Source of the DNA: Felis catus
Lineage: Eukaryota
Reading direction: 5' to 3'
Assembly (NCBI RefSeq): GCF_018350175.1
Contig: NC_058368.1
Span: 77,192,001 to 77,256,000, forward strand
DNA: 64,000 nt
Shown: piece by piece, positions 12,142 through 23,671 of the stretch
Layout of the letters: each line of letters begins with the position of its first letter
How positions within the stretch are numbered: the stretch's first letter is position 1
Program-made: the position numbers and the translations under genes
Notes under the pieces: generated by a model
The model's database searches: none
What the model was told of the DNA's origin: nothing
What the model saw: the letters and a program-made list of their open reading frames with translations, nothing else

Positions 12142-12509
12142 TTAAATATAATTTATACCTGTAATTTAAATGCCCAGATTAAGATATTTATAAATTAAAT
12201 GATAAATTAATTAATATGTATTAATAATTTATTAAATATTTGTATCTGGGCCCCAGGGGATAGAACAAGGTCAAGCGCACTGTTATAATACATTTTGTAG
12301 CAATGCAGTAGTCGAATGAAGGAGAAAAGGGAATCTGTGATAAGAAATAATGGAAAATGCTGAGCTTTTTTAAGCCTTTTTTTTTTTACTACTATGGGAA
12401 GAATTCAGAATACAGCTTAATAGAATTATTGGAATATATTTTTCTCCCACTTTTATTGTCTCTTTAAAGCACTGTATCATTCTTTGGCTGTATCTATGAC
12501 ATATCATAA

Positions 12510-12700
12510 ACCTAGTTAAGAGTATGTGCTTTGAAAGCAAATAAACTTGAACTTATACAGACCTTCCCCTTGGCCCTATAAGTTCACTCCCCCACCTTGC
12601 ACAAAGGGCATCTCACACTAGCACCTGCCTTAGCAGGGCTGTCGTAAGTATTAAATGGATGATTTATTTCAAGGGCTTCACACAGAATTAACAGGCAATA
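12510..12700 (+). mobile_element. Degenerate MIR
   Basis: TAGTTAAGAGTATGTGCTTTG...CACCTGCCTTAGCAGGGCTGTCGTAAGTATTAAATG resembles the MIR head and tail. Confidence 0.55.
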
Positions 12701-14514
12701 CATTTTTAATTATTGATAAGAAAAGCAAGTAATTCAGTAATGATGTTGTGCAGGTGACCAAAACATCTACAAAACACATGTGGAAAGGCTGTAATGTGGA
12801 TCAGATAGATTTCCCTAGGTTTCCCGAAGTCACGGAGGCTGGGACAGCACTCCCATCCCTGGGTGAGACGTAACCAAACACGCAGGGTCACTGTGGATCC
12901 AAGTGCCTTCGTAAAACACTTGTCGCCAACGTCTAGTCCTACAGCCACGACTGCATTTTCTTGCGAAACTGGGCATTCATAGCACTTGCCCGAATCAGTG
13001 CCCACTAAGTCATTTAAACATTTTGTCCCTAAGGACAAGACTTTCCAGGAATTAAGACCCAACAGAAGATCAGTTTCTTTTCTCTTTCTGGCTTTGCAGG
13101 AACAGCTGCATGTTCCCTGTGGCCAAGAAGACGGCAGGGAAGGAAAACCACCTGCCTCGGACCCACTGAGGCTTGTGTCTGCACCGGTTCACAACTTGGC
13201 TGTCCTCTTTCCCACCTCGGGCGAAACCACACGATGCTCTCCCACGTTTCCACGTGCTCTCCCACAACTTCAGAGGATTGGGCTCTGGGTGAGATGTGCA
13301 GCGGTGACTGTCTCTGTGTCATGTGCACACACACACACACACACACATGCACGCACAGGCACATGCCCGCACAAAAACACGTGGGCTCATTGCAATAAAG
13401 CGCACGCGTGTCAGGACTCAACCTTGAAATTCAAAGTCAAATTTTGGCATTTTCTGGCTTTGCCTTAAGACTCTCCAGCGTAGAAACCCTGTACATTTTT
13501 TATTTTTTGGAGGGAACGAAATGCACGTGGAAAAGTCAGAGGACAGGACCGTGAGCTTTTGTTCAAGGAAGTGTTGGTCACGCACGCATTTCTTGGCGCT
13601 TCTTGAAGTACAGAAACATTTGTTCCCAAGACGTGTGTGGTGGAAAATTGCATCTTTACAAACCTCTCGAGGGTGCTTTAAGAATCGGGGTACCTAATCA
13701 ATGACTAGCTCTCACTTCGGCAAGCAGAAAGTATTCCTGGTACTTCACAAGAACTGATTTGCATTCGGGCTATGTCCAAGAAGGTGGTCTGCTACTTGTC
13801 ACCCCTGCCCTCTGTCCCAGCCTCTGCTGTCATTGTCCCTTTCCCTGGTCTCCTCCCCAGATTTTCAGGCTCTCCTAAGCTGTCCCCACCTCAGTCCCCA
13901 AGCCCGGAGCACTCATTACCCACCTCCTATTCTGGAAGGAGAGAGTAAAGACAATAAGCTTTAAGATCACTCTGAACAGGGCAGGCGCCCAAAGCAAAGT
14001 GGAAATCTGGGGTCCCAGGGCAAGTGAAGAAATTAGATATAATTTATACCTGTAATTAGTCACCGTCCCCTTCCCTCAGGACCTCCCAGGGTCCCCGCTA
14101 GAAGGACTTAGCAATACCCATACGTGTCCAGCGTCCCTGAGCCGGGAGCACAGACCCCACTGCTCTTCCCTCCAAAGCCAACAGAGGCCACCAGGTGTCA
14201 CAGACTCAAGCGAATCGTTGGAATAGTAGCAGAGGATTAAAATATAAAACGATTACCTCTTCCTAAGCCCAGTATCACTGTGCTTGACATCTGTGGGTCA
14301 TATGCACACACAGGGACTCACATACGGGTCCAAGATCTTCCTGGTCTTCTCAGTCTCTTTCTGGAGATACATTTTCTTCTGAGGACAGAGCCTTATTGCC
14401 AGATTTCTTTAGATCCTATTTAACTGACCAGGCTTTTGACTTGAACACTTGAGTCATACGGTGCCCCGTGGTGTCTAGAAGATTCCTCTTCAATCCAGTG
14501 TTGTCTCCAGGGCT

Positions 14515-14690
14515 CTGTCTTTTCGCAAGGACACCAGTCACATGTGAGTAAGGCCCACCCTCCTCCAGTATGACTTCATCTTAGCTTCATGAATTCTGTC
14601 TGCGACAACCTTATTTACAAACAAGGTCCCATTCTAACGTGCTGGGGGTTAGGACTTAAACATATTGTCTTTGGGAAGGATACAATTCCC
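14515..14690 (-). mobile_element. ERVL-MaLR (MLT1-like) LTR fragment
   Basis: AAGGACACCAGTCA...GGCCCACCCTCCTCCAGTATGACTTCATCTTA...GGGGGTTAGGACTTAAACATAT is the reverse complement of an MLT1 5' end. Confidence 0.85.
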
Positions 14691-16555
14691 AGAAATTGAG
14701 ATTTGCTGTGTCAGTTTTGGTTTCTGCGTGGCAGAGATGGGGTAAAGGAAGTCCTGAGATTCCTTCACGTCAGACTCAGAAGATAGCTGAACCCTGCCCA
14801 AAGCCATCTGTGTTAAGAGATGAAGTCACCCTTCAGAAAGAATCCCGGAGGGTTTCTTGACGAGATACGGTCTATGCAAGACATCTGCGACACCAGTGAG
14901 GACCACGGTGAGATTCAGTTATGTAGAGAAGGTACCGGCTCTGGCAACAAGACAGACCAGACTTCATGCTAAAGTACTGTAGTCTTGAATGCCAGATAGA
15001 TGGGGACATCCCTCTGGAGGCCAGAGGAGGCAAAGAACACCAATCGCAAGGATCCTGACTCTTAAGTGGTCCTAAGTGCCCCAGCCTTCTCTTTCCTGTC
15101 TACCCAAATGCTCTTGAGAAAACGAAAGGGCTTAGAAGTATGTAAGGGACTGCTGCAGTTACTGGATTAGATTGGATTCAAGGCTACTTCATAGCCTTCC
15201 GGTTTACAAGTGCAAAAATATCTCCCTAGGTACCAGGCATATGGTCAACCTACACAAACCGATATGAGATGGTGAAAGGCACTTGCATGCAGATTGGGGC
15301 ATGTCCTACCCTCCTGGGGATACGTATTCACTCTTCTCTTGCTTTTATAGGTGCATGGGTTGAGCGACTAAGAAGCAGTTGCAGTGCCTCCTCGGGGGTC
15401 CTTACCTTGGAACCAGGACCGATGGGCAGGCATCCGGAGCCCTGGTACGACCAAGACTAATGTCCTCACAAGAGTTTCTTCTCAGTATAGACTTGGGGCG
15501 GAGGGCAGAGGTAGAATACAGCCAAGAGGGAAAGAAAAGAATGGGGGTGAGACAAGTTTGACCTGGTGGAGTTGAAGTAAGGCTGAACTGAAATGCTACT
15601 CAGTAAAGTTGAGAGAGGGCTCAGCAAACGTGTTGTAATGGGGTTAGACGCTCCTACTATCTAGACCCTCTGCCTAGGGAAGGTCAGTTCCTAACAGCAA
15701 CTGAACTGGACCACGTTCCATAATGATCCACACTCTCCGCACCAAGAACCAAGAAATCAAAGTATCTCAGGGGAGTTAGGATAGAAACACTAATAACTTT
15801 GACTGGCCGTCAATGGGAAAACTGAACCCAATTGATGGAGTCACAATTTAGTGATATTCTTTAAATCCATCATATTTTATTTCATTAGAATTTTTAAAAT
15901 ATCATAAATGTGCCAAGACTTAATTACAGGCTAAATTTAAAAGTTTTAAATCTGACCTGTCAACTCCTTTTTCTTTTTAGTTTGCCAATATACACCCTAT
16001 GTACAGCATCCACTATCTGTTAAGAGGTGGATAAAGAACCATTTCCCAGTGATGTATTTCTCCAACATTCTTAGGCATAATCTTGGGAATTTTGTACTTG
16101 AAGAAAAATTGCGAAAACCTACAAGTGTCTTAAAATTGCAACTTGAAACAGAAAGCGTTTTGTATCCTTAAATACAGCATTTTCTGCCATACATGCCTCC
16201 TGGGTAGGGTTAGTCTCTGCACACATTGTTATGGAAATATTTCCTTCCCTTCACATCTTATTCTTAGTTATGTTCTTTTTGTTCAAACGTTTAAATTTGA
16301 GCTAGATTGGGGAAGAAGAGAATTATTATTTCTGACAAATGTTATTTGGAATGAATGATTTCTTTTTTCCCAAGTGTATGTAGGAAGCAAATTTATTTTT
16401 TTAAAGGGCACAAAGGCACCCTGAGGCTTAGCAAATAATATTTAACTATTTTAAACATCTATTTATAGTTTATTATTTAAATGTACCTATTCCCCTTAGT
16501 ATCCTAGAGAGAGAAGGAATGTTTATTTGCCCAAGAAGAAATATCCACAGGTGAT

Positions 16556-16606
16556 GTATCTATATATCTATATCATCTATATCTATATCTATATCTATAT
16601 CTATAT
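16556..16606. repeat. (ATATCT)n microsatellite
   Basis: Direct reading. Confidence 0.9.
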
Positions 16607-16624
16607 CTTCACATCTGGATTTAA

Positions 16625-16798
16625 ACATGCTTCTTTCAGAGTGATCTTTTGCTACAGTATCACCTGGGATGCCTATTAAACATGCAGATTCCTGGTCTTC
16701 TGTACAGAGCTACACAATCAGAACCTTGGGGATAGAACCAGGAAACATGGCCAAACTTCCCTTCTCCCTGCCTCCGTGCTCCAATAAATTCTAATGCA
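16625..16798. mobile_element. hAT-Charlie MITE, MER5-like
   Basis: ATCACCTGGGATGCCTATTAAACATGCAGATTCCTGG...AATCAGAACCTTGGGG is characteristic of MER5A. Confidence 0.72.
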
Positions 16799-17120
16799 AG
16801 AGTTAGCAATCATTTTCTGGGAAGGACTAGAGAGTGCATATTTTAGGGCTTGTGGACTACACTTTCTTTGCTGCAACTCCTAACTCCATCATTGTAGCAC
16901 ACAAAAAGTTATAGACACTCTATAAATCACTGGGCATGGCTGCATTCCTATAAAACTTTATTCATGTACATCGACAATTGAATTCACAAATGTCCAATGC
17001 CATGAAATCTTATTCTGCTTCTGACTTAAAAAGAAAATTTGGAAATGTAATAATCATTCTTAGCTCTGGCTTGGGCCAAATGCCCCTCCGCCCCAAGTTG
17101 ACCTTGACAGTTTGAGGGAC
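16799..17120 (+). mobile_element. hAT-Charlie MITE, MER58-like
   Basis: ATATTTTAGGGCTTGTGG...TGCAACTCCTAACTC...TTGTAGCAC...GGGCATGGCTGCATTCCTATAAAACTTTATT matches MER58. Confidence 0.78.
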
Positions 17121-18169
17121 GTTTAGGCAGAATGATGGTGCATGATGTAACTGATAGGCATTCATAAATATTTGTCCAGAGGGCAAGATAGTTATGGTAT
17201 CTTATTACTTCAAAGAGAAGAGTACACTGGTTCTTTCTTATTTAGCCATGCTACATTTTTAGCAAAAGGTTAATAACTTCGACTAATCATTTGTGTATGT
17301 TCAATTCTTACAGCTCTTATGAATGAATAGCAACATTTTCTCAACCAATACATCAAACAGATTAAAATAAGTGGCTACAGTCTCACATCTTATGCCTTTT
17401 CTGGCCACGGGTGAAGGACAGTGGGGCAGCTTGTGATAACACCATGATCGCGAGGTGATATTCTGGACCAATCCATTCCCGCGGAGTCATGAGAGCAGTA
17501 ACGTGAGGCACCATTTCACGATAACAACACTTTTTCCCTCGTGTTTCCAAATCTTCTCTGCTAATGTCACTTCAAAAGACCATCCTTGTCTTGTGGATCT
17601 GGGTAACAGGATGACTCAATGAGATATGAATTTGCCGTGTTTCCCTGTGTTTTTCCCATCTCCACTGAGAAAGCCACACTGAGGTTTCTATTATGAAGCC
17701 TGAAGCAGAAGTTATCCGCAGACACCCAATCCTGGTCTTATATTCTAAAACCTTTGCTAGTTGAGAGGATGCTGTTGGTTTGTTCTAGACGTGAGGGAAA
17801 AGGAGATCATGTCTTGCCTGGAGGAGAAACTAAAGCAAAGGGGGCCGAAGAATTTGCAGAACTAGAGGGGTGAGACCATGTCTTATCTCTTATAGGATGC
17901 AGGGAAAAGGGAAGACTTGGAAGAGAATGGATATATTGGGCATCTTATGAGAATGATGTCACCACCAATCCTTGACCCAAATCCCAGAACCCAACCTTGA
18001 CCCCAAAGAGATAGCCCTCAAATCCTGCTGTTTTGGGCCATGAGCCTATCAGTCGTGACCAGAATGGACAGATGACCAGAGGAACTCTTGGGTTATTCAA
18101 GCCTCCATATTCACACAAATCTGGAAGCAGAGAGTTAACGATAGGGCATCCCCACCTTGGCGAATGGGG

Positions 18170-18262
18170 TTAGGAGTTAGATTCAATAAGATTGGAAAAA
18201 AATTCATCCCTACTAGATTAGGAGTTAGATTCAATAAGATTGAAAGAAAATTCATCCCTACT
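18170..18262. repeat. Tandem duplication with 48-bp period (2 copies)
   Basis: TTAGGAGTTAGATTCAATAAGATTG(G/A)AA(A/G)AAAATTCATCCCTACT at 18170 and 18218. Confidence 0.95.
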
Positions 18263-18641
18263 CAAGTTATTTGTTTAGCAGTTGAGTATAATTTAGATTT
18301 TGTTTATCTGCTTTCTGGTAACAATTATTTTGACCTACGTTTTATCCACATCATTAATTCCATGTCAGAAATCTCAGAAATTTTGGGCATAACAATCAAT
18401 TTGAGTAGAGTGACTTATTTCAATTGCTGAAGAAAAATATGATATTTATGCAACAAAGCTTAATAATATGAACAACTCAGAATAGGAAACTCTGATCTGA
18501 TTCTTATATTTCTATGATATTGAGTGCTACTGTGAGGTACGACTGAAAAAGGGAAGAGTGGGTAGTTTAGTAGGGATGATGAGGTCTTGGCAATGAAGAT
18601 AGTAGACAAGATTCTTGCACAGGTGAAGTTGAATGAATGGT

Positions 18642-18877
18642 TATTTATTTATTTATTTTTTATTTTACTGCTTATTTATTTTTGAGAGACAGAGAGAAAT
18701 AGAGTGTGAGCAGGGGAGGAACAGAGAGAGAGAGGGAAGGAGACACAGAATCTGAAGCAGGCTCCAGGATCTGAGCTGTCATCCCAGAGACAGACACCGG
18801 GCTCAAACTCCTGGTCTGTGAGATCATGACCTGAGCCAAAGCCTGTCACTTAACCGACTCAGTGACCCCGGTGCCCC
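18642..18877 (-). mobile_element. CanSINE (feliform type)
   Basis: SINE body and (TTTA)n tail. TSD GAATGAATGGT at 18631-18641 and 18878-18888. Confidence 0.95.
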
Positions 18878-19510
18878 GAATGAATGGTAAATTATTTAAA
18901 AGATTATTGAGCCACAAGACTTTTTTTTTTTCCATTCTGCTTTATCAAATTAGCAATAGCCCTACAACATTTGCTAATGTTTGACTTGGAGGAAGTTACA
19001 TTTACTCACAGAGATGGGTTAAGGCAAGGTTGAGTTTGTTGGTGTAAAAGGTGTTGTTGAATTATTCCCCCCTCTTCTCTATGGAGCACACCTTTGAAAC
19101 CTCCTTTGCCACTTTGTAAATTGTAACGTCACAAAGAATTCATCAAGGCGTCTTGCACAAATTCATGTCGTGTCAATTGTAACAACATGTGAACACGTTT
19201 ACAGACACATGGGAAAGGCAGGAATTGTTCAATCAGCTGACAATGAGGGAGAGGTGTGCGTGTCAGTGGCCTGTGGCTCAGACCCTTTATGGCTCAAACT
19301 CCCAAGTTCTAGACTTCTCTACCCTCTTACTGTCTGTGTGATCATCACCCCATAAACAAACCACTGGATTTCTCAGGTCTTCAGATTTTTTTATTTGTAA
19401 ATGCAAGATTAACTACATCACTGGTTTCCAAATCTGGCTTATCATGACCACCCATGTTTCAAAACACCTGGTTTCTCTGTCTGACTTCCCACAATTCGTA
19501 TTTGGTATGG

Positions 19511-20133
19511 CGTGAAGAATTAATCTTACCTAAAGAATGGTCTGGCTTTTACTCTCCGCTTCTGAGAAGTGACCTCTAGTACCTGGAGTGTCCTGTCAGA
19601 TAGGCATGTCTCTGTCTGCCCAGGACTTTGGCCACTGGACAGTCTAACAGTGTGCTCATGATGGGGACTTTGAAGGGTATGCCATACTAATTTTAACCTT
19701 TGGAGGAGCTGGAAGAAAAAAGGTATTAGCCCAAACCTCCAGGAGGAGTGAGAGGATAAAGTTCAGCCAGCTGCCTGCAAGACTGAACGTTTTTCTCCGG
19801 CCCTGGACACCAAGTCTAGGTGAACTTCCCCAGCTGACTCATAATGAAAGGACACTAACGCACCCTGATTCCATTGTATGAATCTCTTCCTCTGGCTGGT
19901 TTTAATTTGCATCCTTTGCCTGTAATAAACACGACCATAAGTAAGAGCTTTCACGCGAGTTCTGTGAGTCTTCTAATGAATTACTGAACCTGAGGGCAGA
20001 TGTGGAGACCTCCCAGTCTGTAGTCAGCTGGTGGCAATGAAGGAGGTTCCTGAACTTGCCGCTGATGTCTGAAATGAAAGCAGTCTTCTGGGGATTGTTC
20101 CCTCAGACTTTTCAGTTCACCCAGCTCATTGCA
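19511..20133 (+). mobile_element. Solo LTR, MER21-like
   Basis: GTGAAGAATTAATCTTACCTAAAGAATGGTCTGGC start, TGTAATAAAC polyA signal, GAGTTCTGTGAGTCTTCTAATGAATTACTGAACCTGAGGG, ends ...TTGCA. Confidence 0.75.
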
Positions 20134-20339
20134 ATTAGTACATTCGAAAGGAACTAGGAACAGTTAAAAAGAATTTGAAGGTGAACTATCGTGTATCAAA
20201 AGTCCTTTGCAAGGTCTAGACTTTACTCCTTTATGTATTTTGTCTATTTGGCTTATGCACTGGTTTAGCCTTTGGATCTCAAGGGCAGAAAGTTGAGTGG
20301 TTTGTGTCCCTCACTTCATGGTGCACTATTATTCTTGGG

Positions 20340-23040
20340 TTTGTTGTAATTCTCTAGTTCACTGATTTACCCTCTTCTGTATATTATTTGTTTCCATCAC
20401 ATTCCTTTGAGCTGTTCTTTTTTCAACTTCTTAAGTTGCTTAGCTCATTTATTTTCAACTTTCTTATTCAGCAAATAGTTCATCATAAGCTACATGCTGT
20501 TTGGGATGTGTCGCACACATTTTGACATGGAGAATTCTACCGTTCAGCTTCAATATTCCATAATTTCCCATGTAATTTACTCCTTAGCCCAAAACTCATC
20601 TAGTAGTACTCTCTTGAGTTTCAGGACACCTGGAATTTTGTTTCGTCTTTTTTGGTTACCGATTTCTAATTTTGCTAAACTCAAAGTCAGAGATCTTGGG
20701 CCATGGTTGCCTAAATTTATTATTTCATTAGAAATAGCAAAATGGTGATTTTGTAATTCCCCTTCTTTCTGCATTTATTAGCTGGAATTCTTCCATTCAG
20801 AAGACATAGCCCTCAGCAACCATTTTCTCACCCTGAAATAGAGTTGGCAAAAGTAGTTCAGGATGCATGTTTGATTTTCTTGCCTTTATCAATTTTCGGA
20901 ATCATGGGCTGGTGTCCTAGCAACCTCCAATGGTGACCAATGTGTGTATTTTAATACCAAGAATTCGTGCACATAAATGTGCTCGAAACAGCTCCATTTA
21001 TTGTCATGATTCTTTCTCATGCTCAGATTTCTCGCTCTTAAGCCAACGGAAGCACCTTTAGGTGAGTTCCCGTGTCCTTTTAATAGATTTCTGTTAGTCT
21101 TTGATAACTTCCTTACTTTCTGGCATAACAAAAAGTTTATGCCAGAAAGATATCAACGTATGAACTTTCCACCCCAGACCTGGCATCAGCTGTATGACTA
21201 TGTGGCCGGGCTCCTGTCATGGGAATTATTTTGGGAGAGCACAGGTTAGGTGCTAGCAAAGTTCCTAACCTCATTACTCCTAGTCTGGAACATAACATGC
21301 AGTTTTTAAAGCAAAGCACATCATAAAACTGTGCTGCTATTTCCAATTTAAATTCGATATTACCAGATTTTTATCATATCTAGGTTATGTTATTTGCTCA
21401 GGAAATTTACTTCACTCCTTCTCCCAGAGATAACCAACCCATTTATTATTTATCCTTACACTGTTTCTTCTGAAAAAAAAAATTGCCTCCCTCCTTACTT
21501 ACTGGAGAGTTTGAATGAAGTAACCACTGTCTCCACTTTGCGTCTTTTATTAACAATATAGCCTGGAGATCTTATATCACTCTACAGAGTTCCATGGTTT
21601 TCATCTTGGGGATGTACTAAGGTTTTTCAACTGTTCTCCTGTTCCTGGTTATCTGAGTTGTCTCTACTGTTTCGGCATTAGAATCAAATGCTGAAGAGGT
21701 ACCCTGTGTCAATTTCATTTTTTGTCAGTGTATCTTTGAGGTGGATCTTAAGGAGTAGGACTACTGGGTAAGAGTTCATTCATACAGAACTTTTCTATAT
21801 ATAGACAAACTCTTTTCCACGTGTTGGATGATTTTGCTATTCCCACCAGCAGCGTATGAGCACACACGTTTCCCCGTGGTCTCACTAACAAAATATGTTG
21901 TCAAATATTTGGATCTTTTACTGGGCTTATAAATAATGCACAGTATCTCAGTGAAGTTTAATATACTTTCTTTTCCCTACGAGCACAACTAAATAACTTT
22001 TTTTTTACTTATCTCTTTCGCCTTATAATTTTGTTAGTTGTTTCTTTATCTTTTGTGAGGCAATATTGTCAGGTCAATAAATGTTTATAATAATAATATC
22101 CTAAGATCTATTGTTATTTTATTATTCGATGTCAGCTATGAAATTTTTACCTTGAGTTTTTACTTTCTGTGATATTAAAATCACTATCTTGGCTTTCTTT
22201 TGGCTTACATTTGCTGGTTATATCTTTCTCCATTTCTTGATTTACAAACCTGGATCCTTTGGTTTTAACTGGGTCTCTTGTAGATGGTATCTTGTTGTTT
22301 TTCTTTTATTGGAGGATTCCAAGTCTGAGAATGTCTTGATCACTGAGTGTAACCATTCACATATGTCCATTAGTCTTAGAGTCAGATTTACAGTGGCATT
22401 GTTTTTTGTGTCTTTTGAACCATATATTTAAAATTTTCTCCTTTTCTCTCTTTTTTTTTTGTAATAGATCAGTATTTTTTTCTTTTGGTTTAAAAAATTA
22501 TGTTAAATTTTTATGTCAAGTTGCTCTAGCATTTCAGAGGCCCATATTTTTTTTACATTTTCTTCTTTAATTTTTAGGCTTACCAATATCTGTATCTTCA
22601 TCCCTAAACAAAACAGAACCAGACACAACTAAAACCCAACTCTTGCCTGGTCTTTTACCCCCAAACAAACTCATCCTTTCCCCTGATCAGCTTTTTTGCC
22701 TTTTCACCGAACAGCCCACGACACTAAATTATTTATTCATCTGTAATCATGTGAAATATATTTCATAGAACCTAAATTTATTTTCCTTATTTCTGAGCTG
22801 TTTCTTTCATGAGAGTTTTGGCTACTGAAACTTCAGTGGATGCATATGATAGATAATCTAATTAAGTGGGAAGATTCCAGTTTCAATGTTATCGAAACTG
22901 AAATTACGTTCTCCATTGTCTTCTAGCATCTTGTGTCACTGATGAGAAGTCTGATGCCTGCCTGCTTCTCATTTTGTGGTAGGTGATCTGCTTGCTCCTT
23001 CTGGAAGCTTTTGACTTGATGGGAGGCAATGACCTATACT
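20340..23040 (-). mobile_element. Patchwork of ancient L1 (L1M-type) fragments
   Basis: T-rich antisense L1 motifs such as TTCCCACCAGCAGCGTATGAG, GGGTCTCTTGTAGATGG and ACTGATGAGAAGTCTGATGCC. Boundaries are approximate. Confidence 0.6.
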
Positions 23041-23453
23041 GGGTTCTGACTGAGAAGGAAAATGTCACCAGGAAAATGTTCTCCCTCAACGTTTGGGAGA
23101 CATGCATGCTCCTGGCCCACTTCAGTTCTGGGTCAGGATTTCTTGTATGCCCCGGGAGACAACCACCTTCTCTCCTCCCAGGGCTGGCAAATGGCTTTAA
23201 TGTCAGTGTTTCACACCCCGGATTTCACCTCATGGCTATGGATCTCCAGAGCCGAGCACGGGGGAGAGGTCTGGTGGCTCCCCGTTGGTTTGACATCATG
23301 ACAGGGACTGGAGCAGCCCCAATTTCTGAGTGAAATTTCTCATCAGGAACCTTAAGCAGAGTCATCTGCGGTGTCCACGGGGTTCTAAACCCACGTTACA
23401 TAATTTCCAAGCTATTTGCCGTTGTTGTTTTTAACACCGTTATTGGATTCTTT

Positions 23454-23671
23454 TTTTTTTTTTCAACATTTTATTTTTATTTTTGGGACAGAGAGAGACA
23501 GAGCATGAACGGGGGAGGAGCAGAGAGAGAGAGGGAGACACAGAATCAGAAACAGGCTCCAGGCTCCGAGCCATCAGCCCAGAGCCCGACGCGGGGCTCG
23601 AACTCCCGGACCGCGAGATCGTGACCTGGCTGAAGTCGGACGCTTAACCGACGGCGCCACCCAGGCGCCCC
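23454..23671 (-). mobile_element. Young CanSINE (SINEC_Fc-type)
   Basis: Near-consensus with CpGs intact. Perfect TSD TATTGGATTCTTT at 23441-23453 and 23672-23684. Confidence 0.97.
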
